From positions 47,774,166-47,838,165 of the forward strand of contig NC_057728.1 in assembly GCF_004010195.1 (NCBI RefSeq): a DNA stretch of 64,000 nt, written 5' to 3'. Below, in pieces: positions 49,444-62,720 of the stretch. The first letter of the stretch is position 1. Each line of letters begins with the position of its first letter. The position numbers and the translations under genes were made by a program. This DNA comes from Chiloscyllium plagiosum. Lineage: Eukaryota. The notes under the pieces were generated by a model. It was not told the DNA's origin. It did not search any database and worked only from the letters and a program-made list of their open reading frames with translations.

Positions 49444-50885
49444 TTGTTATGGACCAGGCCTGACCCCCTCAAAACATTTCAAGAAGGAAGCCCAGACTCT
49501 AACTTTTCTAGTTGTTTTAAGCAGGTTTAGAGTGGATATTCCAGGAGTCAAACCACTCAGTTTATACAAAATAGAATTTATTTACAGACTACCAAACGAA
49601 ACGCAAGCAAAAGAAAAGAATCTAGAATAACTATTTGAAAACCCGACTGACATGATATCCCCCACAACTTAACAATGAGCTGTTCTGATTTGCTGCAACA
49701 TCCCATAAACGTACCCCTTGGCAAAAAGGTAAATTCAAACACAGTTTCTTACAGGAGAGAGAGATGGCACAGAGGATCAGCCAGGATCTATATTCGAACC
49801 TCTGAGTTGTCTGTGTTATTGCTGTATGTGAGCTTGTCCAATTTTTCTTGCAGTGCTTGTCTTCTTTTGTCTTGGTCCACTGTTATTTAACGTGGATGGT
49901 TCATTCTAGCATACTTGTCCATTCCTGTTCAGTCGTGTTGGTGTACAAAGTTTTTTGGTGCGAAATTTCCCGTTCATATTTGTGGAGTTGGTTGTGGGAT
50001 TCATTTATATTTCTCATAGCATTCTGCGGCCATTCTGTTCTGCTATTCTTCTGGATTGTGGGGTGTTGAGATATGGTTTCTATTTAACACATCGTGGTGA
50101 CACCTGTTTCCTGAGGCATTCATGTAGGAAGTACAGTTGTTCACGGGTGACATTCAGTCAGATGACGTTGGTTTTCCATCTTCAGGCTAGTTTGATTGTA
50201 TCGCGCTCATAGGTGCTTGCAATTTTTGTGTTACATGAGCATCAACAAGCTACCAAAAGACACAACCAACTACCACTAGTATCCTTACACACAAATGATG
50301 AGGGACACCCGTTTGACTGGGACAATACATCCATCCTGGGACAGGCTAAACAAAGACACACGTGGGAATTCCTAAAGGCCTGGTATTCAAACCAGAACGT
50401 CATCAACAAACATATCGACTTGGACCCCATTTACCAACCTCTCAGAAAAAGAACAAGAAGTGACATGACCACAACAGACCAAGACACATAAATAGAAAGC
50501 AGGACAGAACACCAGCGCTTCAACAGAGGCTCACTGATGATGTTACCTAACATGGTGACAAAACATCGGAGAACAAATCTTCCAGCTCAGTGAGCACACT
50601 TACGACCTGAACCACAACCTGAGCGACAAATCTTCACAAAAATTGCAAAGTAAGTCAAACTAGGAAAATCCCTGAAGCAGGAGAACTGGCCACCCCCTTT
50701 TCATTGAGCAAGTGTATCAAAAAAAACCTAAAGGTCCTTTTCCCTGATTGTTGCCTTAGGCAGTATCTGTTAACCATTAGCAATGTGGTCTCATCCCAGA
50801 CAAAGGAAACTTTGCCTTTTACAACCCCTTTTGAAAAAAACCAAGGACAACATAACCTTGTTAAAGGAGCAGCATTGCTGCAATG
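49444..50885. mobile_element. Probable solo LTR split by a PLE insertion
   Basis: Starts TGTTATGGACCAGG. Non-coding segments 49444-49790 and 50650-50885 bracket the PLE. LTR identity rests on the terminal TG..CA and overall architecture only. Confidence 0.4.
49790..50645. mobile_element. PLE of a second clade: inverted 5' ORF fragment (minus) joined to the GIY-YIG 3' end (plus)
   Basis: Plus strand 50234-50460 reads HEHQQATKRH...HPFDWDNTSILGQAKQRHTWEFLKAWYS...INKHIDLDPIYQPL, followed by a hammerhead-like motif at 50531-50570. Minus strand 49790-50230 reads QLYFLHECLRKQVSPRCV, resembling a PLE N-terminus. Confidence 0.75.
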
Positions 50886-51539
50886 CGCTCAATGCAAATA
50901 TGAATTTAAAAAATTTTAGATTTCATAAATTAATTAAGGATTTCTGAATGTGACTCATTGGACCCAAATGCATGAATAGGAGTTCCTAGTGCATACTTAA
51001 AGGTTTAGGTCAGAACTCAGCTTGTGATGTAGTCTTATTGAGATGCTTGTCGACATTGCTGCAGATGTGAGGATTGCTAATGGGGTAGGGGTATTCCCAA
51101 AATCTTCACTGATTGTTACTGGAAATATACACATGTGGATTTCAGATGGAGCCAGAATCCAGGTTTGCTCTCATGCTTCACCATGGAAAATTGTTGGTAA
51201 ACGTGCCTGAGGTTTGCTCACCCATGATTGCCACTTGGAAAGAAGTTAACGTCCTTTTAAGAGAAGGTGAAAGGAAAAGACTGCCATGATAAATTGGAAC
51301 AAGTGTGTATGTTAATAATATTATAATTAAGAGAATGCCCTCCCACAAAGCACAATAATGAAACAACACTATAATTTACAGCAATAGCTGAAACACAGTC
51401 TCTCTGAATACTGGAATGAGTGGAACCATCAAATAAGTGTGTGCCTCAAACGAGATGTACATCATACGCAGTGTGAAAGAATACATTGAAAAAGAAGCCA
51501 AGTATTGTGAAATGTTCTCAGCAAAGAAATGAAACCCAG

Positions 51540-51800
51540 TGATTTATCCCTCAAATAACATTGAACATTTAATCTGAACTATCAACACCTTTTCTCCACC
51601 AACACCCGACACCGATACCCCCACCCACAGTCCCCCAAACTATAGCATAAATGCTGTCCCCTCCACACTTCAGCTCTGATGAAGAATCATCTGGACTCAA
51701 AGCATTAGCTTGCTGTCTCTTCATGGATGCTGACTCGCTGTGATTTCCAGCATTGTTTTTTTCAGTACAGATTCCAGCATCTGCAGTAATTTGCTCCTAC
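51540..51800 (+). mobile_element. PLE 3' terminus
   Basis: AGCT CTGATGA AGAATC..GACTC ...AGCT hammerhead-like motif followed by a GATTCCAGCATCTGCAGTA tail. Confidence 0.7.
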
Positions 51801-51819
51801 ATTTTGATAAAATAGATGT

Positions 51820-51950
51820 CCTAGTCACTGTCTTATCGCTGTTTTGGGGTGCTTGCTGCTCACAAATTGCTGTTTTTCCTACAAGAGTGATTGCACTTCA
51901 ACAGTGCTTAGTCGGGCTGGAAAGCACTTTGATATTGTGAATGACGCTTT
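51820..51950 (+). mobile_element. DeuSINE-like core fragment
   Basis: ATCGCTGTTTTGGGGTGCTTGCTGCTCACAAATTGCTG...CACTTCAA...AAAGCACTTTG resembles the Deu domain. Confidence 0.5.
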
Positions 51951-54724
51951 ACACTGGGCAACCCTTCTTATTAATCCACTACACAACCTGAATCTGACAT
52001 ATTGACTGAAAAATGTGGTATGATTGAGAACAATGGAAATTGAATAAATAGATGCTAAAAGTGTTCTACAAATCAACAATCTCGACATGATAAATTAGTA
52101 GGTTTAGATCAGAGGGAGGAAAACAACAGTCCATGTTAGGTCTTGAAACAGCTTTTTCTGGTTCTTGCTGAATACAACATTTAACAAAGGTATTCCCTAG
52201 TTCCATTCTGTCACACTAAACGAGTTCAGAGTCTTTTTAAAGGCCTGCCCACAAAGTACAGAGGCATTTTTGTGGAAACAATTGTATTCAGTTCTCATGG
52301 TTACTAACAAAAGTAGATTGGCACATTCTATTTCATTCAAATATTTTAAAAGAGGGCCTTACCCTCCCCTTCTCCATGGCCACGTGCTTCACAATTCTTC
52401 CCTCTGAAGGGAAGCAATGAAAGATGTGAGCAAAAGAAGAAAAAAAAAACAGGAGCTAACACAGAGATCCTTCCAACGTCCTCTCTTCTTTGGTGGGAGG
52501 GTTTGCCTTAAAATCCCTTTCAATGGCGCACTGAAGACTTTGAAAGAATAAACGGCATTTGTCAACCACCCGTAAATCCTTAAAACTGTTTTTGCAAGTC
52601 GCCCCCAAATCTGAGCCCCAGCGTTTTCCATTAATCTGTGCATAAGACAACTGAAAACGTTTTCAACGCAAAGATAATGCCTAGATTAAAACGTCTATTC
52701 AGAAGGAAAGATTTCAGCATTCACCTTGTGTACACAGCCATTTCGCCAGCAGCATTCATAGGTTGTTATTTCAGCTTTGCGTTTGTGCAAGGGACAACGT
52801 GAGTTGCTGTAGAAGGGTTGGTTGAGACATTTTCAAGTAAATCACTAAACGTTGGTGCTACTGTCCATCAGGATTGTTTTTTTCCCCCAATTATAATCAC
52901 TTCTAATGAGTGACTTAATATAAATGACCTACTCATTTCTTTGATGGTACTGTTCTTATAAAATAACATTTTTCCTCCCGGATTATATGATGTACTAGAG
53001 GCATTCATCGAAACCCAGACTGACTGGTTCCAGTGATTTTTAATAACAGTAAACAGACGGATTAAGTACGTAATACTTTAAATGAGTACTCGCGACATAA
53101 AATCGTCGTTAAAAGGTAAATCCAGAATTTCTGTCCAGCTGATAATGCAAGATTTTAACAGGTTTAACATTTTCTATTCATTCATGTTATATTCGACTAT
53201 TTTAAAATTGGGAATGCCCGTAGGAAAGTTTTAACAAGTATAACATCAATAGAAGGTATTAGCCAAAAGCAAGAAACATCTCAGTAAAAAAAAGATGGTA
53301 ATCTATGCAGCTTTAAGGATGCAATTAAAAAAACAGACATTTTTGTAGCATATTGGCGACAGCTCCTTACAGACGCGGTTTATGGAATGCACTCATTTGC
53401 TATTCCACTATGATAGCCTCACATTACGGTTTGCTGCAATTATTTTGTCAGCATGAACATTTCACTTGCCATTAAGTCGTTCTATCATTGCCTCTTCAAT
53501 AGTTCAAACATGCTTAAAATTACTTGCACCTCACAAATGGTGAATTTCTTAACAGATGGGGCAATGCTATAATTTTCAATTATTTTAAACACGTCAAGAA
53601 AAGAATGTGAAGAATATTATATCTGTACAGATACAGCCGAGCATTTCAGATTACTTCAATTGTCCATTCCTGGTTTGCAAAGTAGTCTGGATCCCTGCAA
53701 TCACTCTTTGGTAAATAGTTTATCTGAGTTAACACCTAACACTGCTTCTCTCCCTCAAGTTTCTCATCCACACAACAGCAACTTGCTTATATAAAGCGTC
53801 TTTCGCCCAAAAGACATCAAATTGTTTCATACAGAGAAGAAAGGCTTTCTCACACAGGTAACAGATAAACATATCTTGAATAATTCAACACAGCATTACT
53901 GATATGAGGAAATCTTCACCATTACTATATCCTCAGTGAATTTTGTAAAACGAAATATGGAAAAAAGTTTCCATTGCTTATAAAGAGTTCTGAGCCATTA
54001 TAACCTGTTTTATATTTCCATTTGATGTCAATTTGGTGCCCAGATTTTCCCGGGTTTATTTCTCTCCTCTTCAACCTCCATTGGCTTCTTACTCACCAGC
54101 ATATTAATTCTATGACACTTATTCTTATTTAGAAACCTACATTTAACTTTACTCCTGCCCTGCATTCCAGTCTGCTATTTCATTCTGAATCTGGTTCTCC
54201 ATGTGAGTGAATCTGCTCCACTGTTTGACAGGATCATGGCTGAGTTAAGTGTAATCTCAATTCCACATTCCAAGTTAACCCAGAAAATCTTTTCAGCCTT
54301 TTGTTTATCTATTTACATCCACCTTAGGAATATTCAAAGATTCTACCTCCACCACCTTTACAGAAATTTCCAAAATTCACAACTCGCTAAGAGCAAAACA
54401 TTCCTCTTATCTCTGTCTTAAATGGGCAATGGATTATTGTAAAGTAGTGGCCCTTAGTTCTCTCAGTCCCTCTACAACTGGAGATGGAGCAACCTTTGAT
54501 TTAATGGTGGTATGCCAGAATCAGAAGGTATAGGATTCAAATCTCTCAAGAGACAGTCCTAACAAGTAGAGACCAAAACTCTGGCTCTGATTTGACATCT
54601 AATGGAGATGTGCATAATAGGTATCAGTGGCTTCTTCTCAAACCCCTCTCACTACAGTTTGCGGATCACCCTATCAGCTGGAATAAAGCTAGTTATGGCT
54701 GGTCAGAGTGTTAACCAGTCAGCT

Positions 54725-55780
54725 GTGGCTTGTGTGGTAGCACTCATATGCTGAAGGTTCAAGTCCTACTCCAGAAATTTAGTAAAGCCACTTTAATAAG
54801 GAGTGCTGCATTACTAACTTCTGAATCACAGAATTGTTACAAGTGCAGAAGAAGATACTTGACCTATTCATCTTCATCAGCTCTTCAAATGACAATCAAT
54901 TAGTGCCTTCACCCGTCTTCTCTCTGTAACCCTGCACATTCTTCATCTTCATACAACAGTCTAAATCCCTTCTGAAAGTTTCGATTGAACTTGCCTCCAC
55001 CACATTCTCAGGCAATGCATTCCAGACTGTAACCACTCACTGTGTGATAAGGCTTTTTCTCTCATATCTCTTTTGCTAAATATTTTAAATTTGCGCCCTC
55101 GCATTCTTGATCCTATTATGTATGGGAACAATTTCTCCCTATCTTGCCTGTCCAAATGCCACAAGATTTTGCGTCAATTAAATGGACCATTTTCTTGGAC
55201 CTTTTCTGAACTCTCCTCAATGTCTTCACATCCTTTCTAAGGTCTAGCACCAAACCTGAAACCAAACTGGTGTTTTAAACAAGCTGAACATGACCAGTTT
55301 GCTCTTGAACACCATGCCCTAATAAAAAAGGGACAATGATACTATACGCTTTATTAACCACTCTCTCCATCTGTCTTGCCACCTTCAATAATTTAAATGT
55401 ACGCACCCAGTTACCTGTGCTCCTTTTGAATTATACGTTTTATATTATATTTTCTCTCTATGTTTTTCCTACCAAAATGAAGTGCCATATTTTTCCCCAT
55501 TGAATGGGGCCCTGTCTACCATCTCAAAGTGGAAGAAGAGATCCCATGATACTATGTAAATGAAGACCAGGGCTAGTATCCTGGTCAATACTTATCTCTC
55601 AATCAACAACACAAGAACAGATTGTCATTGCTGTCTGTGGAGTTTGCTGTAAGTCGGTTGCCATTTTTCCTAAGCGACAACAGAGGCTATATTTCAAAAA
55701 AGCACATCATAGCCTATGAAGCACTTCAGGACATCTGCTTGTCATGAAAGGTACTATATAAATGCAAACTTTTCTTTCTT
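54725..55780 (+). mobile_element. DeuSINE (SacSINE1-like) split by a CR1 insertion
   Basis: Head with GGTTCAAGTCC B box (54725-54815). Body resumes at ~55505 (CCTGGTCAATACTTATCTCTCAATCAAC...CATTGCTGTCTGTGGAG...TATATAAATGCAA). Confidence 0.6.
54820..55505 (-). mobile_element. Old CR1 3' fragment
   Basis: DRQDREKLFP..GSRMRGRKFK and CTTGCCTCCACCACATTCTCAGGCAATGCATTCCAGAC. Confidence 0.75.
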
Positions 55781-57059
55781 TGAATCCTTTGACTGTTCTC
55801 CATGGAAAGTGTGTGAAGATATGAAAAAATAACAAATGTTAATTCAGAGTTGTTTTTAAAGTCCTAGACCAATCCACAGCTTATCCCTCTTGCAAAGAAC
55901 TCCTCAAACTTATTTTGACTACATCTTCAGTGCCAGCTCCTGTTTTGTATCCAATCACATCCCCCAGCCATTTGTACAGTACTTTAGGGAGATTATCATC
56001 TAAAATAGGAAAATTATTAATCATCAGCAAGCAAAAGAGAGACGACTGAATTATTAAATTTGACATAAATATAAGGCTTCAGATGCTTTTATATTGGTGC
56101 TGGTATGAAGTTAAATAGGTCTGATGGTTGTACTAAGATATTGTTCAACTTAATTTATGAAGTCTCTGTCAATTTCAATATCACTAAATAGTCAAAAATT
56201 AATCAGGTGAGATAGCTCTGAGAATTAAAATCGTAAAACTTCACAAATAGAAGCATTCTACAGGAAGTATTATTTCTAAATAAACATTAACATATATTTA
56301 ATAGATAAGATAGACAAGTGGGCGATAAAAATGTAAATCTAGCTGTAGAGCCTGAATGGCAGGAATGTGGAATTGAGGCCACAGTCAGATCAGCCATTAA
56401 TGGCAGTGCAGGGTCAAGATGCTGAATGGCCTATATTGTTCCTAAATTGTACATATAGCAGAGCAGATGAGATTTTACTGATCCTTGGCCACAGGGTTAG
56501 TCATTTCGTTGAATGCAAATATCAGGAAACATGGGTTTTTATCCCTCTTATATTGAATTGTCAGGGTCAGTGGTAAAGTAAGGTGGTACAACCTCAAATA
56601 TTAAATGGAATCTGTACATACTTTAAGTGTTCACTCACCAGAGAAAAGCTATGGAGTGGGGAAGCAGTAATGTGGAGAAGACCAGAAAATGATTCATGTT
56701 AATTAAATTAAATGTTTTGTATCAGTTTTTGCAAATTACAATTGTTGGTCCTGGTGCAGGTGCACAGAGAAGGATGTGGAACAATGAGATGGTATTGTGC
56801 GAAAGGAATTGATTCCGATTAAAAATTATAAAGGTTAAGGAGGATAAAGTACCTGCTAACTGACCCAAATATCAGGCACACTGAGCTGCTAATGAAAGTC
56901 AGAGGGGACATAGAAATAGCTAAGTTCACATTTTTTAAAAATTTCTTCTTAGATATGAAAATTTTGTTGGGGAACTAGAAGGTACCCAATGTAACATAAT
57001 TGAAGACTAAAATATGACTAAATTACAGTTTAAAATTCACGCAAAATGGATTGACTTTT

Positions 57060-57500
57060 TCAGGTTTGAGTTATAGGAAGAGGCTGGATAGGCTAGGTCT
57101 TTTTTTCCCTGGAATGTAAGAGGTTGAAGGGTGACCTTATAGAGGTTTATAAAATCATGAGGGGCATAGATAATTTGAATTGCAAAGCTCTCTTCCCAAG
57201 GAGTTCAAAACTGGAGGACATTATTTTAAGGTGAGATGAGTAAGATTTAAAAGGGACCCTAGGGGCAATATTTTCACACAGAGGTGGTTTATAAGTGGAA
57301 TGAACTGCCAGAGGAAGTGGTACATGCAGGTACAGATACAACATTTAAAAGACATTTGGACAGGTACATGAATAGGAAAGGTTTAGCTGGATAATTGGTC
57401 AAATGCAAGCAAATGGGACTCGGTTAGTTTGGGAAATCTGGACAGCATGGGCGAGTTGGACTGAAGCGACCGTTTCTGTGTTGCACAACTCTATGACTTT
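57060..57500 (+). mobile_element. CR1 (HER1-like) 3' end
   Basis: LSYRKRLDRLGL..GDLIEVYKIMRG..FTQRW and a CTCTATGACT tail. Confidence 0.85.
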
Positions 57501-58309
57501 GATTAAAAAATCAATGACTAGCAGACAGTTTAAGATTGACACCAAGAGCATGATCAGAGTGATTAGAAGATCCACCTTCACATAAAAGGTGGTTGGAGTA
57601 TAAGTCCATAACTAAGTGTAAGTTGGTTAGCTACAGTTGCAACTGTAACAAACAAAGTGCCTGTGCATTTAAGACAAAGGAAGATTATATGGCCTTTAGC
57701 AAAAGTATGATATTAGGTTTAGTTTGGGTTAGATCTAGCAAAGTTCAGCACAGATCTAATGGGCTAAATCATTTCCTTCTGTATTGCAAGTTTCACAGAT
57801 CTTATCCATTTGTCTGGTGTGAACACATTGCTTCAACTGCAAATTGCAGTGAATCTCTATAAAGATAAGCAGCTAATTTGCAGAAGGAGGCTGACTGGAA
57901 GGACTGAATAGCTGTACTTTGAAGCCTTGAGCTTGACCTTTCTAGTCATTTCTTAGCCACTAAAGTACAACACACAATTGTTCCACACACAGCATACTTC
58001 ATTTCTCATAGGGGGCAGACAGAAGCTAATATAAGAGCATTCCAATTATCAAATTGTGACAAAATCATTTAGAACATTTTAAAATCATCTTCAGCCTCAA
58101 ATTGCTTCTACTTTCCTGATATCTATACCATATTCACCTAAAGCGACATCCAATTTCAAATTGATCCAAGACCTTCCAATGCTTCCTTTACATGCTAACT
58201 ACTGAATGAATGTTGAACAGGCTAAACCTCTAGGTCTTTTCAGGAAGAGAAAGTGAAACTTATTCTTTTTTGGAGTAAAAAGTTAAATCTGCCCCGTAAA
58301 TGATGGACT

Positions 58310-58440
58310 AAAAATAGAGAAGACTGGAAATACTTGGCATTTCAGGTAGCACTTGTGAAGAGAGACATACTTGACCTGCCCAGTGTATCCAGCCATCTAT
58401 TTTAATTTCAGATATCCAACATCGACAGTATTTTGCTTTA
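58310..58440. mobile_element. Degenerate PLE terminal hairpin remnant
   Basis: CTGGAAATACTTGGCATTTCAGGTAGCA arm and inverted TGACCTGCCCAGTGTATCCAGC...ATCCAACATCGACAGTATTTTG tail. Confidence 0.5.
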
Positions 58441-61400
58441 GATTTCAGCAACACTGTTTCATAGCTATTCAGTATCAATTTATTGTCTATTATCAATTCA
58501 GTGTCTATTAATTTTGAACATATGATAAAATCAATAACATATCAACTTAACAATTGCTGTGCAAATGAGCTAAAGAGAACCCTAGCAACATTTATACTGT
58601 GCAATTTCAACAAACATAATTTACTTTTAAGAAAGCATTTGTGTTAAGCAGTGAACAACAGAATCAAGGGACAACACATCTGTTCAACTCCTGATCAGTT
58701 ACATTAATGAATATGATTAATTTCAAAACCTACTATCAAGCCAACTTTAATCTCTTTTCTGGTATTTTGCTCAATTCATCTTGTCAGCCTCTGTCTTTAT
58801 TCCTTTCTGACAGGAAAAACAACCAGCTTAAGTCAAAGCTGAACTCTCCATTTTCCTGAAACAAAACCTTGTGGCTTCACTGTTTTCTGCACCCTGCTTA
58901 TTTTATCTAAAAAAGACAACGCAGAGATTATTTAAAGAAGTTATAGAAACCATACAAATCAAGACCTTCTTCCAGCATATTGTTATGCATGTAAAACTCA
59001 AAGCATTAAAGAAAAATTAAGAAGCAAATGCTTTGCCTTGAAATAAAACAAGACCTGAAGAAATTCAATGCATATTGACAAGTGTTTACACACATGTAAT
59101 CTAATTATCACAGTTGGTTATTGCTGCAACAGAAAACATTTGGCCAAATAAACCTGCATTTCAGCCAACACTAATATAACCGCTCTTTATTTTGGAAGTC
59201 ACCAATGAGATGAGACAGCACAGAGGATGCCATTCCAATAGTTTTTGCTTGGGGTTCTGATTTCAAAGCAGTGGCGACTGTGGATGAGTTCGAGAAGAAG
59301 GTTGTGCTCCCATCATTACTATTCCTGCCCTCTCTCTATACTCTATTCAAGCAACATAAAAGCATTACATAGCTAACTACTTTTGTCCAACCTATAGGAA
59401 AATTAGTTTATTTTTCAGATCAAAGAAAATTAGGCAGACCATGGCTGATTAGAATGCAACAGTAAAATTACCACACTTTCTATTCCACCCCTTTTCTGAA
59501 AGAAATGAGTCTAGTGTCAGATATGTAGGTATTTCCCACGACCAGGCTGGACTCTGTTTTTAACCGACACAGCAACCAGGACAATGGTTCTTATACAGTG
59601 ACCAAAGTTCCTTAGTTCAACCATTGTGAATTAAGAACTCCTTTGCTAACATTTCATGAAACATCAAGATTTACATATCTTTTCTAAACGCATTTTCTTG
59701 CATGCAAAGTTTTATCTGGCTAAAAGTTAAATGCCTTCTTTATTCTATCAGTAGAGAACACATGGTCTAAAGTATGGCATTATGTAAAAGGCATTGATAC
59801 TCAAGATTTGACAAACCTAAAGCTTTTTTTCAAAGGGTAAACAACAGAAAACATAATGTTAATGCAGTTCTAATCTGCACATATTAATGAATTTCTTATA
59901 TGAGGGTACTGCAAGTTGCACAAGTTTTTAAAATCAAAAATATAAATTAATCTTTCTTCTCCAATTATACATTAACTTATTTGCTGACTCTTCTGTTGTG
60001 AATTAAAGAAACTATACCCTGTGGTATATTGAATAATTTTGAACTAACGTACACTTTATTTGCATTTTACAAACTGCCTTAATCTCTCATGCATGCATAA
60101 AGGCACTGTTGCTGTTTTTATTTATATGTAATTACTATGAATTAACTGTAAATCTCATATTTAGCTCCATTTAACGAGCAGATTGCAGCTGCCCATTTGA
60201 AAGTGTAATCGCTGCCTTCTTTCACTTCAGTTGGCACAATACAAAACATCTATTGAATTTTCTTTTAACATCACTGCCAATGCCTAGCCGACTTTTTAGC
60301 AAACTGATCAAGCGGAATAACAATGCAGCTGCAACATTTCATGGCATAGTTAAAGGGTCTCTCTTTCAGGCCAAAGCTGTTAATTAGGAAACAGAGAATG
60401 CAATTCTGCCAGTTTTTTCTCTTTTAGCAATTACACTTTGGCAATTGCATTTTTAGTAGGAAAAATAAATCCTAATAAATGGACAGGATTGTTATTTGTC
60501 ACACTAGTGTTTGGGCACAGTCTTTTGTGTGTTTTAATTCTTCTCTGATCAATAGCCATTTGGCAGTGTTCTGCTATTTGTAAAAGACTTTTCCCCCTGA
60601 AGTGAATTTTCTTTCGGTTCACTGATACAATTTACAGAAATATCCCAAATGAAAGATGTGGAAAAAAATTTACTTACGTTAAACAATTTAGCAAAACAAG
60701 TCCGTAATTAAAATATATGTTTAAATTGAGTTCTATTTTTCAATCAAAGCTACTTAGGAGTATTATTCAACAGCAACTTTCTGTCAAGCTATCATTTTGG
60801 TGAATGTAAAATCCTTTCAATGCTCTCAATAAATAATGTGCAAACTGTCCCATTTTCAAAGGCAACAGCATGATGTCATTACCTTTAAACCCCTCAGTCA
60901 AACTTAAAAGCACAGAATAAAGTCATGAAGTTAGTGCCGCTGGGAATTAGTCAAGCTTGCTAGCTTTCCCAGCAAGAGGTTGCGCTGGTGGATGTACTAA
61001 CCTTGCCGATAGCCATTAATCCCACTAAAGAAAGGAAGAAAGAAGTTCTAATTGTTGATTCAATGTTAATGAATTGAATACACATCTAAGGCTACCAGTG
61101 GAGACTATTAAGCTGTAAAACAAACACAGTTAGGTGAACTACAATCACTGTGTTTCTGTAGCGCTCAATAAAATTCATGAGCTGCAGGAACAGTGCCCAG
61201 TGAAGAATTTAGTTCTTCCAACAGTAAAAATCTGAGACAGGGAACAGAGCTGTACCTCAAATTCTACAGTATTGAAAAAGTTAAATCTCCCTTAGATAAT
61301 TTCACAGGCACGATTTTTTTAAGCATATTGCTGATAACCTGGTGTTGTGTGATTTTTAACGCTGAAAAATACATATTTCATTTTAAGCAGTCTGTCAATT

Positions 61401-61557
61401 GATACCTTATTGTATTTTTTTGCATTTATTCCAATCTTTAAAATTATTTAGTTATCTGAGTTACAATATAGGAAAAATTGAATGTTGATTTTCATTGAAT
61501 TGAACACGTCATTTGCAGAATTTAAGCAAACAGAAAAGAACATTAAAATAACTTTAC

Positions 61558-62030
61558 AGAATCATATAAACTTTACAGCACAGAATGAGGCATTTGCCCC
61601 ATAATATCTGCACTGGCTCTTCAAGAGTGCATCATTACCAACTGTCAATTTTTTTGTTTATCCCTATATGCTTGCACCTTATTTCAATCCAAATAATCAT
61701 CCAATATCCTCTCGAATGTCTCAGTTGAATCTGCCTCCACCCCACTTCCAGGCAGTGCATTCCATACCCTAACTTTTTGCGTATGAAAATGTTTTTCTCA
61801 GATCACATCTACTTCTTTTAATCTGTGCCCTCTGGTGCTTGATGTTTTCATTAGCAGGAACAGTTTCTCCCTCAGTACTCTAACAAACCACTCAATTTTT
61901 TGAAAGTGAAATCTTGAATTAGCCCTCTTCTCACCAGGAGGAACAGTTCCAGCTTTTACAGCTATCCTTATAACTGAAATTTCCTATCCCTGGAACCATT
62001 CTTATAAATCACTTCTGCATTCTTCACAAT
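61558..62030 (-). mobile_element. Old CR1 3' fragment
   Basis: CTGCCTCCACCCCACTTCCAGGCAGTGCATTCCA and CCCTGGAACCATTCTTATAAATC. Confidence 0.7.
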
Positions 62031-62429
62031 CTGAAGTCAATGTTAAAAGACGCTTTTAGAGGAAAATAATAAAACAAAGCTTAAATGAAAACATTAGATT
62101 GATGTTTCAGGAAATTGAAAATACTATGATACTCATATGTATAATTTCACCTCATTTGCAAATGCAAAGCAATACCAAATAAATTAACTTCTCCTGGGAA
62201 AGAAGTGGGTAATCTGCAAGCAAGAGTATCTTTAATTGCTTTGTAGGAACTCTAACTCTCAGAGTACATGCACAATCAGTGGCTCCATAATTACATATTT
62301 TCCTTATTTGCTTTCTTATCAATTTGGTAATCTCATTTCTTAGTTCTTTCATTGGAAAATACATGTTAGAATACTTATTCATGTATCAGCTTATGAAAGA
62401 ATGTCAGCAGACTATCCTTCCAGGAGTAC

Positions 62430-62720
62430 ATAGATTAGATTAGATTCCGTACAGTGTGGAAACAGGCCCTTTGGCCCAACAAGTCCACACCGACCCATCG
62501 AAGAGCAACCCACCCAGATACATTCCACCCCTAACACTATGGGCAATTTAGCTTGGCCAATTCACCTAACCTGCACATCTTTGGACTGTGGAAGGAAGCC
62601 CATGCAGACACAGGGAGAATGTGCAAACTCCACATAGACAGTTGCCTGAGGCGGGAATTGAACTCAGGTCCCTGGATCTGTGAGGCAGCCGTGCTAACCA
62701 CTGAGCCACTGTGCCACCAT
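62430..62720 (-). mobile_element. HE1-type V-SINE with (TTAGA)n tail
   Basis: GGTGGCACAGTGGCTCAGTGGTTAGCAC head, GAGTTCAATTCC B box and V core. Confidence 0.9.

Noticed and set aside
55978..56045. Possible additional LRR exon ending ...PKVL|gt on the minus strand
   Set aside because: Only 68 nt lie between the AG and GT, the donor is weak, there is no LxxLxLxxN pattern, and it lies upstream of exon 2.
15750..62720. tRNA genes suggested by A/B boxes
   Set aside because: All are SINE or LINE heads followed by repeat cores. No complete cloverleaf was seen.
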